A stretch of DNA of 63,568 nt, counting the filler, from Craspedostauros australis (lineage: Eukaryota): NCBI GenBank assembly GCA_030167865.1. It is 9 parts of 9 records of this genome, joined end to end, with 100 filler letters (N's around TTAATTAATTAA, not from the genome) between each part and the next. Parts side by side here need not be neighbours in the genome. Positions count along the whole stretch, not along the records: positions 22,460 to 27,698 come from JALAGF010003311.1; positions 27,799 to 44,143 come from JALAGF010003314.1; 7 more parts are not named here. One strand, written 5' to 3'. The translations under genes and the position numbers were made by a program. Shown one piece after another: positions 22,461 to 34,520 of this stretch; position 1 is the stretch's first letter, and each line of letters begins with the position of its first letter. Under the pieces are notes generated by a model that was not told the origin of the DNA, did no database searches, and was given only the letters and a program-made list of their open reading frames with translations.

Positions 22461-25400
22461 ATGCTGCTGGTGGTGCCAGATGTGTCCGCCTCCGACCTGG
22501 AGAGCTTCTCCACCATCTTCGAGATGGTGTACAACGAGCTGGCGGCTCAGTACTGCGACATGCTCTTCCGACGCGTCCTCGTGGGAAGCGCGATCACCAC
22601 CATCAACATCCCCGCCGGACAAACGCCGAATTCGGACGGATGCGTTCTCGGTGACACCACCATGGAGACCAACGGAAGATGCCGTGGATGCGGTGATGGC
22701 ACGCCGTTGGTGGACGAAGATCCTTCTGCGACGTCCCCCGCCACCGGAGGTGCCGGAAGACGATCCCTGCAGCAGCTCCAGACCGAGCTGGATCTGGATC
22801 GCGAGTTCAACGTGGACCTTGCTGGCCGTCCCCGCCATCGTCGCATGCAAACCGAAGACACGTGCTTCTGTGCCGTGGACGCGATTCCTGACAGAGGCCC
22901 CTTCCTGCTGGAGCTCTACGCTGCTCTCAACAGCAAGCTCACGGAGATGGGCGTGGAGAGCATCTGCGGACTGACGGATGAGATCATCGACATCCTGCCA
23001 CCGACGGACGTGCCAACTTCCAGGCCGACCAGCAACCCCACCGTGCTGGCATCGTCGGCTCCGACGGCGGTCCCGACCGCCCAACCAACCAGCGTTCCAA
23101 CTTCCGCTCCAACATCGGCACCCACGGATGTACCAACTACCCAGCCAACGAGTAATCCGACCAACATTCCAACTGCCCTTCCAACACCAGCGCCGACGGT
23201 CTCGCCAAGCGCCCTGCCGACAAATGTGCCAACCACCCAGCCAACGAGCGTGCCCACCCCAGAGACGCCCAATCCAATAGAACAACCCACGAGCGCACCT
23301 ACAGATTTGCCAACCACCCAGCCAACGAGCAATCCGACCAGTACCCCAACGAGCGCACCTACGGATGCACCGACGTCCCAGCCAACGAGCGCACCTACGG
23401 ATGCACCGACATCCCAGCCAACGAGTGCACCGACTAGTCGACCAACTTCTCGACCAACAAGCGCACCGACGAGCAATCCAACGAGCAGTCCAACAAGAAG
23501 GCCGACCCGTATGCCGGTGACCAGCAATCCAACGTCTCGGCCAACAGACAATCCAACCAGTATGCCAACCAGCAAGCCGACCGACATGCCAACCCGTATG
23601 CCGGTGACTAGTAATCCAACGTCTCGGCCAACAGACAACCCAACCAGTATGCCGACCAACATGCCGTCTGACAATCCAACCGACATGCCGACTGCCGTGC
23701 CAACCGATGCCAACGAACATGACGAATGTGAAGGTGCACAGCCCCTGATTCGTTACGACATAGAATCAACTTTCGCGTTCATTACTGTCGAAGGTTTCGA
23801 TATCATGAGCGAAGGCCCACAGCCCAGCGCTGACTTCGTCACGACTGTGGATGCGACCCCAGAAGATGGCCTGACATTTTCAGACCCGATGGGAAATTGC
23901 AACATCGCATCTACAAACGGTGTCTGGTTGACATTCTCCATACCGGAAGCCAGCGTCTACAGCCTGACATTCGCTGAGAATGACTCGATCACGGCTGGGG
24001 TGAAAGTTACGATATTTTCAGGAAGTTGCGAAGGATTGGCTTGCATTGGCTCCTTCGATCTCAATCCTCCACCGATGGAGGTGGGCATGCGCTCATTGCA
24101 AGTCATTCTTGAGCCTGACCCTGAGGGACCGGGGCCGTCTCAAGTCGAGTTACCTCTCCTTGACGCCAGTCTGACGTATTACATGTTGCTTCAGAATGCT
24201 GATGACTTGGTCCCAGTGACAGAAGGCCTACCGTTCATCTCCAATGGTTGTGCATCCTTCGAGCGCAGCAACAGCAACTTCTGCGTTTGCGCTGCGGAAC
24301 TCCTCCTTAACGGTGCATCTGTAGAAGGCTTCCCTCCGCAGACAGGCGAACTTGAACCGGCTGTCTGTGCTTCCGACACTTCCATCCCTGGCTTCTTCTA
24401 TAACCTCGCCTTGACTCCTGCAGACATTGGTGCTGGGACCGACAAGTGGCTATTCTTCTTTACCACGGATGAAGAAGGGAGTGTCGAGCTGACGGTGAGC
24501 AGAGGTATCAGCAGTGACTGCACCACGTTCACATGCCAGCCTGCCATTGTCTCTGCCTGCGACGCAGCCTTCACAGTGCGATCCGTGGACTTCACGGTAG
24601 CGGGCGACTACAAGCTCATCATTCAGTCCGTGACGGATCTGCCGCCGTTCACCGCAACCGAGCTGTACCAACCATCAGAGATCGCAAGCTTCTGTTCTTC
24701 AAGGAATGTCGTCACATGCTACTGCGCCGACGAATTGTCGTCAGCGCTTGTGGGCGGAGCACTCACCTATGGGAACGGCGTCAGTTTCGCGCTGGCATCG
24801 GACGGCTCCAGCAACCCTGACGCATGCTTCGACTACGCGTCGTGCGGCGTCGGCTTGAGCAGTCCGGCCAAGTGGTTCCAATTCACAACGCCATCTGTGT
24901 TGGCGATCACGGATTTCCGGTTGGGGCTAACTGACAACACAGGTAGCGTGGAGTTGTCCGCCGTCATCTTCAAGACTTCGTCCACTGTGACAGCCAACAC
25001 CGTCGACAAGTGCGACACCCTCATGTGCGATATGAGCGGCCTAGCGGATGGGAGCACCGTCCAACTGGAGACGGACACGTCCTACTTCATCGTCGTGCAA
25101 GCCTCGGGAGCATCAACGGATTTAGAGGCCACATTAACCAACATCGTTCCTCCGGCTAACGACATGTGCGGGTCAGCGTTCACGCTGGTTGAAGGACCCG
25201 GGATTGATGGTGTGTTCTCCGGCATCACGAATATGGGGTACAGCATCAACAATCCACCCGCATCGCTGGACAGCGTGGAAGTTGCCACAACAGTATTGGC
25301 AACTGGTGAGACCATCACAGTCACCATTCCACCAATCTGTTCGATCTCAACGGAAGAGGGAGTTTGGTTTGCGGGACCGGCGCTGTCAGAGTCACAGGGG

Positions 25401-26462
25401 GTTGCTCTCAAGGCATTCGAGGCTGACACCGGTCCTGGAGTGCCGATTGTCACGGTGCTTTCAGGTTCATCGTGCGCATCTTTTTCATGCGTTGGTCAGC
25501 TTCCTGCGAGCGGTGAGATCCCTCTGTTCTTGAGAAAAGACCGAATGTACTACTTTTACGTACAGCGAGGCAATCCCAACGCTCTCGAGAGCACAGTCTT
25601 GACCATGAGAGATGCATGTGCATCAGGGAACGACAACAACTACGCGTCCTGCCAATGCCCCGACTTTCCGTCGGCCGACTCCGCGATTGACGTCCTTCAG
25701 ACTGATATGGTGCCTGTGGTCTTTACCGATTGCTCGGGTCAACCATCTCTGTCGGGTGCATGGTACCGCATTCCAACGGAAGGCATTAGCGTTGTGATAT
25801 TCACCAACTCAATCACCGATGCCGAGGTCACCGCTTCGTATGCAGAAGACTGCGATCCTTCCCTCTGCACTTCAACAAACAATCTCATTGACGCCTGCAC
25901 AACTGGTACCCGGACCATCATCTTGCTCGGCAACGTTCCCGGGGAAGCAAAACGGGACTTTCTCCTCCAGGTGTCCGATCCAACTCAGTTGTCAAGTGCG
26001 CAGCTGCTATTCTTGACAGCTGGCTTCACCACCGATGATCTCGGTCTCGGTTGCGACGATTTTCCTTCTACCAAGGGTACCTGCTTCTGCCGTGAAGTCC
26101 TTGTTTACTGTGGTGAATTCAGTGCCACGCTGACTTCCAGCAACACCGGGCCCATCGATACCTGCTTTGACTACAGGGGTGCTATCACCAACAAAGACCA
26201 CTTGGGGGCATGGTTCGAGTTGGATGTGGAAGATTCTGGGGAATACGATTTGGAGATTTCCGTCACCACTTTTTCGCGCGTGAGCGTCCACTTCTATTTG
26301 GCCGGCACAGCTGCCATCAAATGCGACGCTTCGCTGTCCCGTATCTCACATCTTACCGGTGTTTTTAACAACGGTTCTGTGCATCTGTTTGCAGGGGCGA
26401 AGTACTTCATGTTCGTCGAAACTGATAACGTGGATATACAAGTCGACCTCATAAAAACCTAG
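22461..26462 (+). CDS. Large extracellular mucin-like protein: PTS-rich stalk plus a duplicated Cys-rich module of about 480 aa; probably 5'-partial
   Basis: 1333-aa ORF starting at the contig edge. PTSxPT repeats at about 23000-23710. Modules begin 'HDECEGA' (~23718) and 'NDMCGSA' (~25158) and share GVW, SGSC..xCxG, YY and CFDY motifs. Confidence 0.75.
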   Translation: MLLVVPDVSASDLESFSTIFEMVYNELAAQYCDMLFRRVLVGSAITTINIPAGQTPNSDGCVLGDTTMETNGRCRGCGDGTPLVDEDPSATSPATGGAGRRSLQQLQTELDLDREFNVDLAGRPRHRRMQTEDTCFCAVDAIPDRGPFLLELYAALNSKLTEMGVESICGLTDEIIDILPPTDVPTSRPTSNPTVLASSAPTAVPTAQPTSVPTSAPTSAPTDVPTTQPTSNPTNIPTALPTPAPTVSPSALPTNVPTTQPTSVPTPETPNPIEQPTSAPTDLPTTQPTSNPTSTPTSAPTDAPTSQPTSAPTDAPTSQPTSAPTSRPTSRPTSAPTSNPTSSPTRRPTRMPVTSNPTSRPTDNPTSMPTSKPTDMPTRMPVTSNPTSRPTDNPTSMPTNMPSDNPTDMPTAVPTDANEHDECEGAQPLIRYDIESTFAFITVEGFDIMSEGPQPSADFVTTVDATPEDGLTFSDPMGNCNIASTNGVWLTFSIPEASVYSLTFAENDSITAGVKVTIFSGSCEGLACIGSFDLNPPPMEVGMRSLQVILEPDPEGPGPSQVELPLLDASLTYYMLLQNADDLVPVTEGLPFISNGCASFERSNSNFCVCAAELLLNGASVEGFPPQTGELEPAVCASDTSIPGFFYNLALTPADIGAGTDKWLFFFTTDEEGSVELTVSRGISSDCTTFTCQPAIVSACDAAFTVRSVDFTVAGDYKLIIQSVTDLPPFTATELYQPSEIASFCSSRNVVTCYCADELSSALVGGALTYGNGVSFALASDGSSNPDACFDYASCGVGLSSPAKWFQFTTPSVLAITDFRLGLTDNTGSVELSAVIFKTSSTVTANTVDKCDTLMCDMSGLADGSTVQLETDTSYFIVVQASGASTDLEATLTNIVPPANDMCGSAFTLVEGPGIDGVFSGITNMGYSINNPPASLDSVEVATTVLATGETITVTIPPICSISTEEGVWFAGPALSESQGVALKAFEADTGPGVPIVTVLSGSSCASFSCVGQLPASGEIPLFLRKDRMYYFYVQRGNPNALESTVLTMRDACASGNDNNYASCQCPDFPSADSAIDVLQTDMVPVVFTDCSGQPSLSGAWYRIPTEGISVVIFTNSITDAEVTASYAEDCDPSLCTSTNNLIDACTTGTRTIILLGNVPGEAKRDFLLQVSDPTQLSSAQLLFLTAGFTTDDLGLGCDDFPSTKGTCFCREVLVYCGEFSATLTSSNTGPIDTCFDYRGAITNKDHLGAWFELDVEDSGEYDLEISVTTFSRVSVHFYLAGTAAIKCDASLSRISHLTGVFNNGSVHLFAGAKYFMFVETDNVDIQVDLIKT

Positions 26463-26643
26463 CACTAAATATTGCCTACATATACCTGTACTTATGAGAT
26501 ATATAGTATGCTGTTGCACTGTTCTACCCCACTCTACCCTGCTCTGCTCTATTACTCTGTGTTTCTCTGCTTACGTGCTCGGTTGTTTGGAGGTTGCAGA
26601 CCTTGCCTCTTCCCCGAAGCTCGAGAGCATGGCCAAACAACCT

Positions 26644-27698
26644 CTATTGCTTCGAGGCACGGCATAGCAACGGAGCCCCGTTGGTGACAAACCAAAACAT
26701 GGCGTTGATGTCGTCTCGGACCGAGCCAAGGATATCCGCAAGGTCCTTCGTCGCAGTGTTGCCAGCGACATCCCCCGAAATGACTGCGCGATGGCGTATT
26801 CCGTTGGAGCGAATCCGCCTGGGTCGCAACGCGGCCTCTGCGTGGTGGCAGATTGGACACTGCGCATGTGCGAGTATTCGCGATGCATCATTGCGGTGTG
26901 GATCGTCGGAAGGATGGGGACATGGCATGGGCGTTTGATGATGTTGCTGTTGCTGTTGCGATGAGGGCGTGGTGTGGTCTCCGTCATGGGGATTGCACTG
27001 CAAGTCCTCCGGGATGGGCTCCATCTCGCTTGATTCTCCTGTTTGTGCTGCATCTTCGCTTTGGCATCGTGATGAGCCGTTTGCCGCGGCGAGATGATGA
27101 CAAGACGGAGCAGGGCAGTTGTTGTCAGCGCCGCCGGAAACAGCCGCATCTACCCTCCCGCACATGCGCATGCCTCCATCTTGCAACAGCAGGATCTTGC
27201 GACCTGCCTTGTTGAGCAGCAAGTAGAAATCGACGTGCTCGCGGTAGACGGCGTACGAAAAGGGCAGCAGCATGACCGGGTCCTGATCCGGATTTGCGTT
27301 GAGGTCACGCATGGCGCTCGCGTAGTCATCCTCCATGGTTCGTTGCAACCACGAGGCTTCGAACGACAGCGATGGTGGTGATGGCGGTGATGACGGTGAT
27401 ACCAGGTTGCCGTAGGATGAAGCAGACGAAGTGGATAGAGCGGGGGTACCGACGCCAGGCACCCCGGCATCAGATCTGGATCTGGATTGGAGGAGAGCGT
27501 TGTGATGGATGTACCTGTGGCTACCAGTGGCATTCGGAAGGGTTGCGTTGCGGGGCAGGTAGGAAGTATACGTGGACGAATCGCCCCATTCGAGCTTGAT
27601 GGTTTGCAGGTGGTAGTTGTGGACGATTCCCTCGACCAATTGGTACAGTGTGTTCGGCGAGACGACCGTCCGCTCCTCGGGATTGTCGAGTATCAAAG
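26644..27698 (-). CDS. Hypothetical protein, 5'-partial; C-terminus resembles the cap of diatom LRR-type proteins
   Basis: Open to the contig edge. 'HNYHLQTI', 'FYLLLNKAGRKILL' and 'AMFWFVTNGAPLL' resemble the recurrent C-terminal pattern of that family (recognised from memory, unverified). Confidence 0.5.
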
Positions 27699-27798
27699 NN
27701 NNNNNNNNNNNNNNNNNNNNNNNNNNNNNNNNNNNNNNNNNNTTAATTAATTAANNNNNNNNNNNNNNNNNNNNNNNNNNNNNNNNNNNNNNNNNNNN

Positions 27799-29814
27799 CA
27801 CACACAGTGCCCGCAATCACTTACCATCCAGTCCAATGGATGCGGATAGGACGATCCACCGTCACGAGATCCTCGAGCTTCTTGGAAAGGGCCTCAGCAT
27901 TCCCCTTGGTCTCGATCAATGCAAGTCCACAGAACTGGGCTCCCGTACAAGACACGACGTTGCCCTCAATGAAACCTGGCGATGCAGACATGCGGGATCC
28001 CTTGCCAAGCACGGGCTCCGCAAGCATCTCCTTGACCTTGCCCTCATCGACGTTGGGGAAGATCAGATTCTGCTCGACAGTCATGCGGATCTCTCCGGCA
28101 GAGTACTTGTCTGCGAGGTCGGCCAGATCACGGCATTCGGTCTGGCTCAGACGGCCTGCTGGGACGTGGACGCCGACACGGACCTTGCCCTTCTGTTTCT
28201 GTGGGTGCACGCCCAACAACTCACGTCGCTCGAACACGTCCGTCTCGCGGGGTTGCTGATCCTCGACCTTCACTCCGCGGCCGTAGCTCTCGACCTCCTT
28301 TATGACGGCTGCCTTGAACTCCTCCACTCCGTACTTCTCAACCAAAAACATCAATCTGGCCGCCTGACGGTTCTTGCGCTCACTCTCGTCACGGAAGATG
28401 CGCAGGATGGCCTCGCAGAAGGTCACCACGGACTCGCGATCGGCCGGGATCCACATGCCGGAGTCGACGGACTCGGCGACGCGCTTGATGGACATGAATC
28501 CACCGAGCACGATGTTGAAGCCCATCTCTCCTGTCTCGGCATGCGCGCATGGCTGCATGCCGACGTCGTTGATGTGTGTGTGCGCAAAGTCATCACGGGA
28601 TCCGCTGATGGCGATGTTGAACTTGCGCGGGAGGTTGGCCCACTGTGGGTTGCCTCGTGTTTCGGTCACTGGATCCATGCTGATGAGGTCATTGACTGCG
28701 TTGCAAAGAACGCGAGTGTCGACCAACTCCTGGTCATCGATGCCTGCCAATGGACTTCCCACCATGTTGCGCACGCTGTCCAATGCAGATTGGATGGACG
28801 TCTGGTTGCGCGCGTGGAGCCCATCGAGAATGTCACCGGCATCCTCGATCTTGACGCCACGCAGCTGGATGTTGGCACGCGTTGTGATGTCGACGACACC
28901 GTACTCCTCTCCGTACTTCTCCACGCAGTCAGCGTAGAATCGCATTTGGTCGGCATTGACGATGCCATTTGGCACCTTGAGGCGCATCATGAATTGTCCT
29001 GGTGTGCGCTTGTTACGGTGGAGCATTCCAACATATTTCAGGCGCTGTGGTTGTTGCGATGATGTGATGGCGTGGTTGCGTGATGGTGTCCGAATACGTA
29101 CGAGCATGTGCCAATTTCAAGTGCGCGAGATATCGAAATCGATGGGACACCAAGGAACAGCCGCACAACCAGAGAGAGAGAGAGAAAAGAGCGAGAGAGG
29201 GGGGACACAAAGACAGTATGGAAAGCACAAAAGCGGCAGATGATGAGTTCGCATGTCGTAGGTGCCATGTTGATACGGCACATGTCACAGCATGGTGGCA
29301 ACCATCGATGCTCCTCTCTTGACACTCTGCTGCGATCCTCAGCACCAATTCTCAATTCTGCCACATCCAATTTCTCTCAAACCAAACCATAACAGCTTGA
29401 ATGATGAGATGAAGAAAGGTGATGCCGTCCAATGCGAGGCACAACGAGGATGGGAAAATGCTCCCAAGATGCGAAAGATCTTACAGTGTCCAAGTCAGCC
29501 TTCTCCACTTCCTCCCATGTCATCTCTCCCTCGCGGATCTTGCGTGCGTACTCGTACACATCGACCCATGCGGAGGTTGGGTCTTTGGCGAGTTTGGCCT
29601 TCTCGGTTGGGTTGCCCTTCTTCGCTCTCTCGACTGTCTCTTCAGGAAGGAAGGATGTTCCCGTCGGCTTTCCGGTTCTTGCGGTGACAGCGTCTTCGAC
29701 GGCTGCAGATCGGATGCCCGTTCCGAATGGCTGTGCGGCCTTCTGTGGCACGAAGGCGTTGATGCTGGAAGCGCAAAGGAGCGCAACGGCAGTTGCTGTG
29801 ACGGTGAACTTCAT
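27799..29814 (-). CDS. NiR: Plastid ferredoxin-nitrite reductase, 3'-truncated copy (exons 29814-29485, 29044-27825)
   Basis: Bipartite presequence ...SSINA-FVP. Motifs FMMRLKVPNG, ITTRANIQLRG, NLPRKFNIA, SCTGAQFC, IHWTG. Truncated by the contig edge inside intron 2. Confidence 0.93.
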
Positions 29815-31804
29815 TGTTGCTGATGTGTGTTGTTCTTGATGTTATGAGCAAAGGAAGGGCATCAATCAGGAAAGGTGACGCGGAATTCCTCTCTCGTTTC
29901 TCTTGTACTCGTGCCAATACGTATGCGCGTCAAGGTGGCAATGCGTGAAGGTGGAAAGAAAGGTGGGCCAATCTTTGGGTGGTGATGAACGTCACAGACC
30001 TGGTGGCTTCTTTTGATGCCTGAAGCAAAAATGTTGCGGCACCTTCTCCTGAACTTCGTCTGACGTGTGCAACTTCGACATTTTCTTTGTCAGCAAAGTG
30101 CCGGCAACAGGAGAGAAGGTATCTTTTCTGGGGGGATAGTTTCGGTCCTCTCAGCTGTTGCAGGCCAGCGCAGGGTGGAGGAGGGTGTGGCACCTACGCT
30201 ACCTGTTGCATGGATTGTAGAATAGATGTTAGAGGAGTGTGTGCTCTCTTTCTATCTATCTATCTATCTCTGCCCCAGATACGACGCACAACGAACGTAC
30301 ATACTAATGCTCCGATGGTTTGTGAGGACTCGCTGAGACGAAACCATGTTCAACGTCAGGCAATAGAATGCACTCTCGATGCGAAGACTTCCAAGTATTG
30401 GTATAGCAATCTGTTGCCTGCAACAAGACCCGAGATTCTCCTTATCCTGACACCGCAGCAAGACAACACGAGGAACTATTCATGTAATGTACGAAGGACA
30501 AGGCAACTGCCGAAACACAGTTGCTGGAAACTAAGATAAGATTCCCAAGTCGTTTGGTCAATGCAGAGGAGCTTTGTTTGCATCGATGCCATTCGCACAA
30601 ACAGAATGATATGTATAATGGGAGCTGCGATGGTCTTGTCAATTGATTTTGTGGAGACTCGCTGGGAACCACAAGCTCACGCAGCATGTTCTCACTCTGA
30701 GCGTTGTTCGGACCTGGTGGGTATTGGAAACCAGCTGCCAAGGACCTTGGTGCACCATTGCCACCACTGATGCGCGTCATCAACGTGTCCTGGAGTACCC
30801 AGCCGTCCCCAATTGGAAGCAGAACAGAGACGGAGCTGTCGCCAGTGCCACATCCAAAATAGTGGTATCTACATCGACTCGATCATGGTATCATACTCTC
30901 TCTCTCTCTACTATAGAGGCATGGAGGAGCCATCACTTGGAAGGTTTCAGATTTATCAACCTTCCCTCACATCGAGACCACCGAGATACAACCAGAGCCA
31001 AGATAGATAGACATTCGCCCTATTCAGCTTGGACAGCGAGTGCAATACAGCAAGTCTAATCGCGAAAGGGGCTTCGCATGGCGAGATGGCGACGGCAGAC
31101 AATGCACCGCGATACCTCCTTGCCTTTTTTGTGTATCAGTCGAAACGTTTGCGAAGGGAGACGACGCACGGAGTCCGTACGAGCAGAGAAGTGGAAAGAA
31201 CGATGATCGCATGCAGCAATAGCAACATAAGCGCCTCGGGACAACCCCCACCTTCATCCTTTGGTACGGTTCGTACGACTACTAGTGGCACCGCATTCGA
31301 GCAGACATCGATAGTACGACTATGTGGTGGATTTTGTGCGCGTCAATTCTTGTTCAAGGAAACGAAAAGGACGCATGATGCGGGATGGGGAGTTGCCTGT
31401 ACTGGAGGAGATGAGGATTGCATAGCACGAGCACAGAGCAATCGGAGCATGGATAGATAAAACGGTAAGAACGATTCAACGACATAAATCCCCCAATGTA
31501 AACACGGACTACACGAGGATTGCGATTGAGCACCCATCCGAAATGAGTGAAAGATTGACGCCAAACCGACGGCAGGCGAGCGAATCTAGGAGTTATCCAC
31601 GCCGTCTGCCCTGCCTCACGCTAAGATTGTATTGCATCACATCGTGTGTGACGGTGCGGCGCTGTGCGTTGTGTTGATTGGTTGGGTTACGACGTGTGAC
31701 CGACTGACACGTGAGTGGCAGCCTGGCTCTCTCTCTGTTTCTTCTCCTGTTCTGTTGCAGGAGCAGAGTAGATCGTGGTTCCAGTCAGTGCCATTACGAG
31801 TTGC

Positions 31805-33063
31805 TTATGCCGCGGAACGCTCTTTGTGGATGGCAGCAAAAATGGATGCCATGCTATCTGTTCCGTCGAGCTTGAATTCTGGGTACTTCGCCTGGATGGA
31901 GGCCTTGATCTCCTGCTCCGATGGTCTCGCAGGGATGGATCCCGGGGCAACGAGGTTGATGGCTGCCTCGAAAGAGTCCTGCTCCTTCTTGGCATCCACG
32001 AGCTGATCGGCCACTGCCAGTCCGAACTCTGCAACCAGCACACTCGCGGCGTCGTTGTACGCAGCCTCTCCCATTTCGTATCGGGTGAGGTCTGCCTGCG
32101 ACCAATCTGGCTTTGGAACGCCCTTGGGGTGCTTACCCTTGGCGACATTCCACAGCATCTTCTTGGCATACGTGTCCGCCTGTATCTTCTTTGGCATTGC
32201 GAGGATCTCGGCGGCCTTCTCGGCTCCCTCCGCCTCTTCGACCATCTTCACGTGCTCGTTGTACTTTGCAACGCCCATGCGGATGCGCGCTTTCTCCGTC
32301 ATGCTCACCCGCAGGTCGGCTTGGCAGACCTGGAGGTCCCAGAATTCGGTGCCACACTTCTCGTCGCCCTGCTCCTGAAATGTCATCCAAGAGGTAGTCA
32401 CGAATTTTAGTTTCCCATTGGAAGATTTCGATGAAGATTTGGACGAGGGAAAGAACAACAGGGAGTACAAAGGATGTTTGTTGGATGTGAGATGACGATC
32501 TTCAAATATAAAATTGGAGTCGGTGGCATCCTCTTGCCCTGGACTGCAGGTGCTGATGCTTGAGAAGTGTGGCTGCAAAAGATTAAACTGTGCTAACCAT
32601 GCAAGAAATTGCGGGACAAGGGTACCATGCACCATTGTCGTTGGTCTTTGTTCTGGTCTGTATACCCGATCCCGCAGTACTCTTCCTGATCCGGCCGCCT
32701 GATCGAACATTGCGTATGACAGACTGGCAGAGCAATAGTCCATTTTGGAGTGAGCGAACAGATCAGGCTGCTGTGGCCAGAAGTCTGGTTGCTGATCGGA
32801 GCGGGAGCATCCTCCGCAGTGTCAAAATGTGCTCATCCGGCAAGGCCATTGCTGCCCAACCAACCAAGCGTCAAATCAAACATAAAGCATCAATCGATCG
32901 ATCGATTGATCACATGGCTGACCATGCAGCCGAATGTGGAGCTTACATCCTTGACGCATTCTCTCAAGGTTAGAATCTCATTGCTGCATGCCATGCTGGC
33001 TGGGACCTCCTCGTCGTTTCTGACAAGGCCCATCATGCGGTTGTACACTGAGTTGAATGCCAT
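31805..33063 (-). CDS. Twin CX9C (CHCH-type) protein, 228 aa; 2 exons (33063-32947, 32374-31805)
   Basis: Exon 1 MAFNSVYNRMMGLVRNDEEVPASMACSNEILTLRECVKD|gtaagc ... tttcag|EQGDEKCGTEFWDLQVC. The phase-0 join gives two perfect CX9C motifs. Confidence 0.7.
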
Positions 33064-33694
33064 CTTGAATTATAATCAATTGATGCTTCCTCTTCCGGGA
33101 TGAGTTGGTGTCGTGAAGGCCTGTATACGAGTTCTACTATGGTAATCGGAGGTCTTCCTCGATGCGCGGTTGCGGTTCAGGATGATGGCAAAAGGGTCGT
33201 CGGGCAAGATCATGTCGATGGTGAACAACGATGGCGGTGAAGGAGATGCCCGCGAGGCAGCACAACGCTGTTGTTTCGACCGACGATCACGAAACTTCAC
33301 TTTGTTGGCTGTTTTCCATCCTTCGACTCAACGGACTAAGCAGTGCTCCGGTGGTCGATTTGGTCAGACACGGTGACAAGAGGGCTGCAGTATCGATTGA
33401 GCTGACTGCGTCTCGCAACACGCAGGGACGATCCCCGACGTTCACCTTTACTATGAATGTCGAGCTACCTCCACGCTGTTGGTATTCCAAGTCCACCCGA
33501 AGCACGCAGGGGATGGAAACAGGGTGGTGGTGGTGCTTCAACAGCTACTGCTATACATACGGACGTTGGTCTCCGCACACCTCGACATGAATCAGTGAAG
33601 AGTACTCCGACGAGGAGTGACAGCCATCCCCCTCAGCTCCAGAGAGAAGGTAGCGCGTCAATTTGGAACAATATTTCTATGGTTTCTTCATTGT

Positions 33695-34520
33695 TTACTT
33701 GCGGCGTCCGGTGGAGCAGGTGTGTTGTCCACGGACTCTGATGCCCCACCAGTGACGAAGACCGCGGTGGGCGCGGATCTTCTTGAGTCGCTCGATGTCG
33801 TCACGGAGCTTGGCATCAATGTTCTGGGCGAAGACCTGGCTGTACTTTCCGGTCTTGAAGTCCTTCTGTCTGTTCAGGAACCAGAGCGGGATCTTGAACT
33901 GGCTTGGGTTCTGGATGATGGCGACGATCTTCTCGATCTCATCGGCGGTCAATTCTCCTGCTCTCTTGTTGACGTCGACCTCGGCCTTTTTGCAGATGAG
34001 GTCAGTGAAACGGCGTCCAAGACCCTTGATCTTGGTCAAAGCGAAAACGACATTTCGCTTTCCTTCCACGTTTGTATTAAGAATACGCAGAATGTGCTGG
34101 AATTCCGGTCCTTGCATCAACGAGCTCGACCTGTGGAAGCGTTCAGTATCAGCGTTTTCGTCGGTGGTGCAGCGTTTGCGTTGGTTTGTACAATTCAGAT
34201 CGCGTTCCAATGTGCGGTAACCAGTCCGCGTCAACGATCAGAGCATTCGAAGGGGAGAGCAGTACAATGGCTAATGTGAGCGAGTTGGTTGCGCTGTTGT
34301 TTTGGCTGTCGTGATCAGTCAGCCATCCTTCCTGTCGCCGGAAGCCCAGATGCGGCCTCTCCTGTTCTTCACTGCCGATCCTGAAACGACCCTTCCAAAT
34401 CGTCGCAACACCCAATTCGACAACCACAGCCGACAACCAGGCCACTCCAGCCATCGTCGGCAACTTCGCCGTTCACATTCCATCCATCGACACCTCTCGA
34501 TCGTTCGTCGGCACGTACAT
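33695..34520 (-). CDS. RPS18: 40S ribosomal protein S18 (uS13); start codon apparently split AT|G by intron 34518-34131
   Basis: [57 protein letters not shown]. Splice context gccaccAT|gtacgt ... ccacag|G TCG. Confidence 0.93.

Noticed and set aside
27836..29062. Long antisense ORFs over NiR (408/461 aa) and similar ones over CobW, OTC and the subtilisin
   Set aside because: Expected by-product of GC3-biased codon usage; no recognisable motifs
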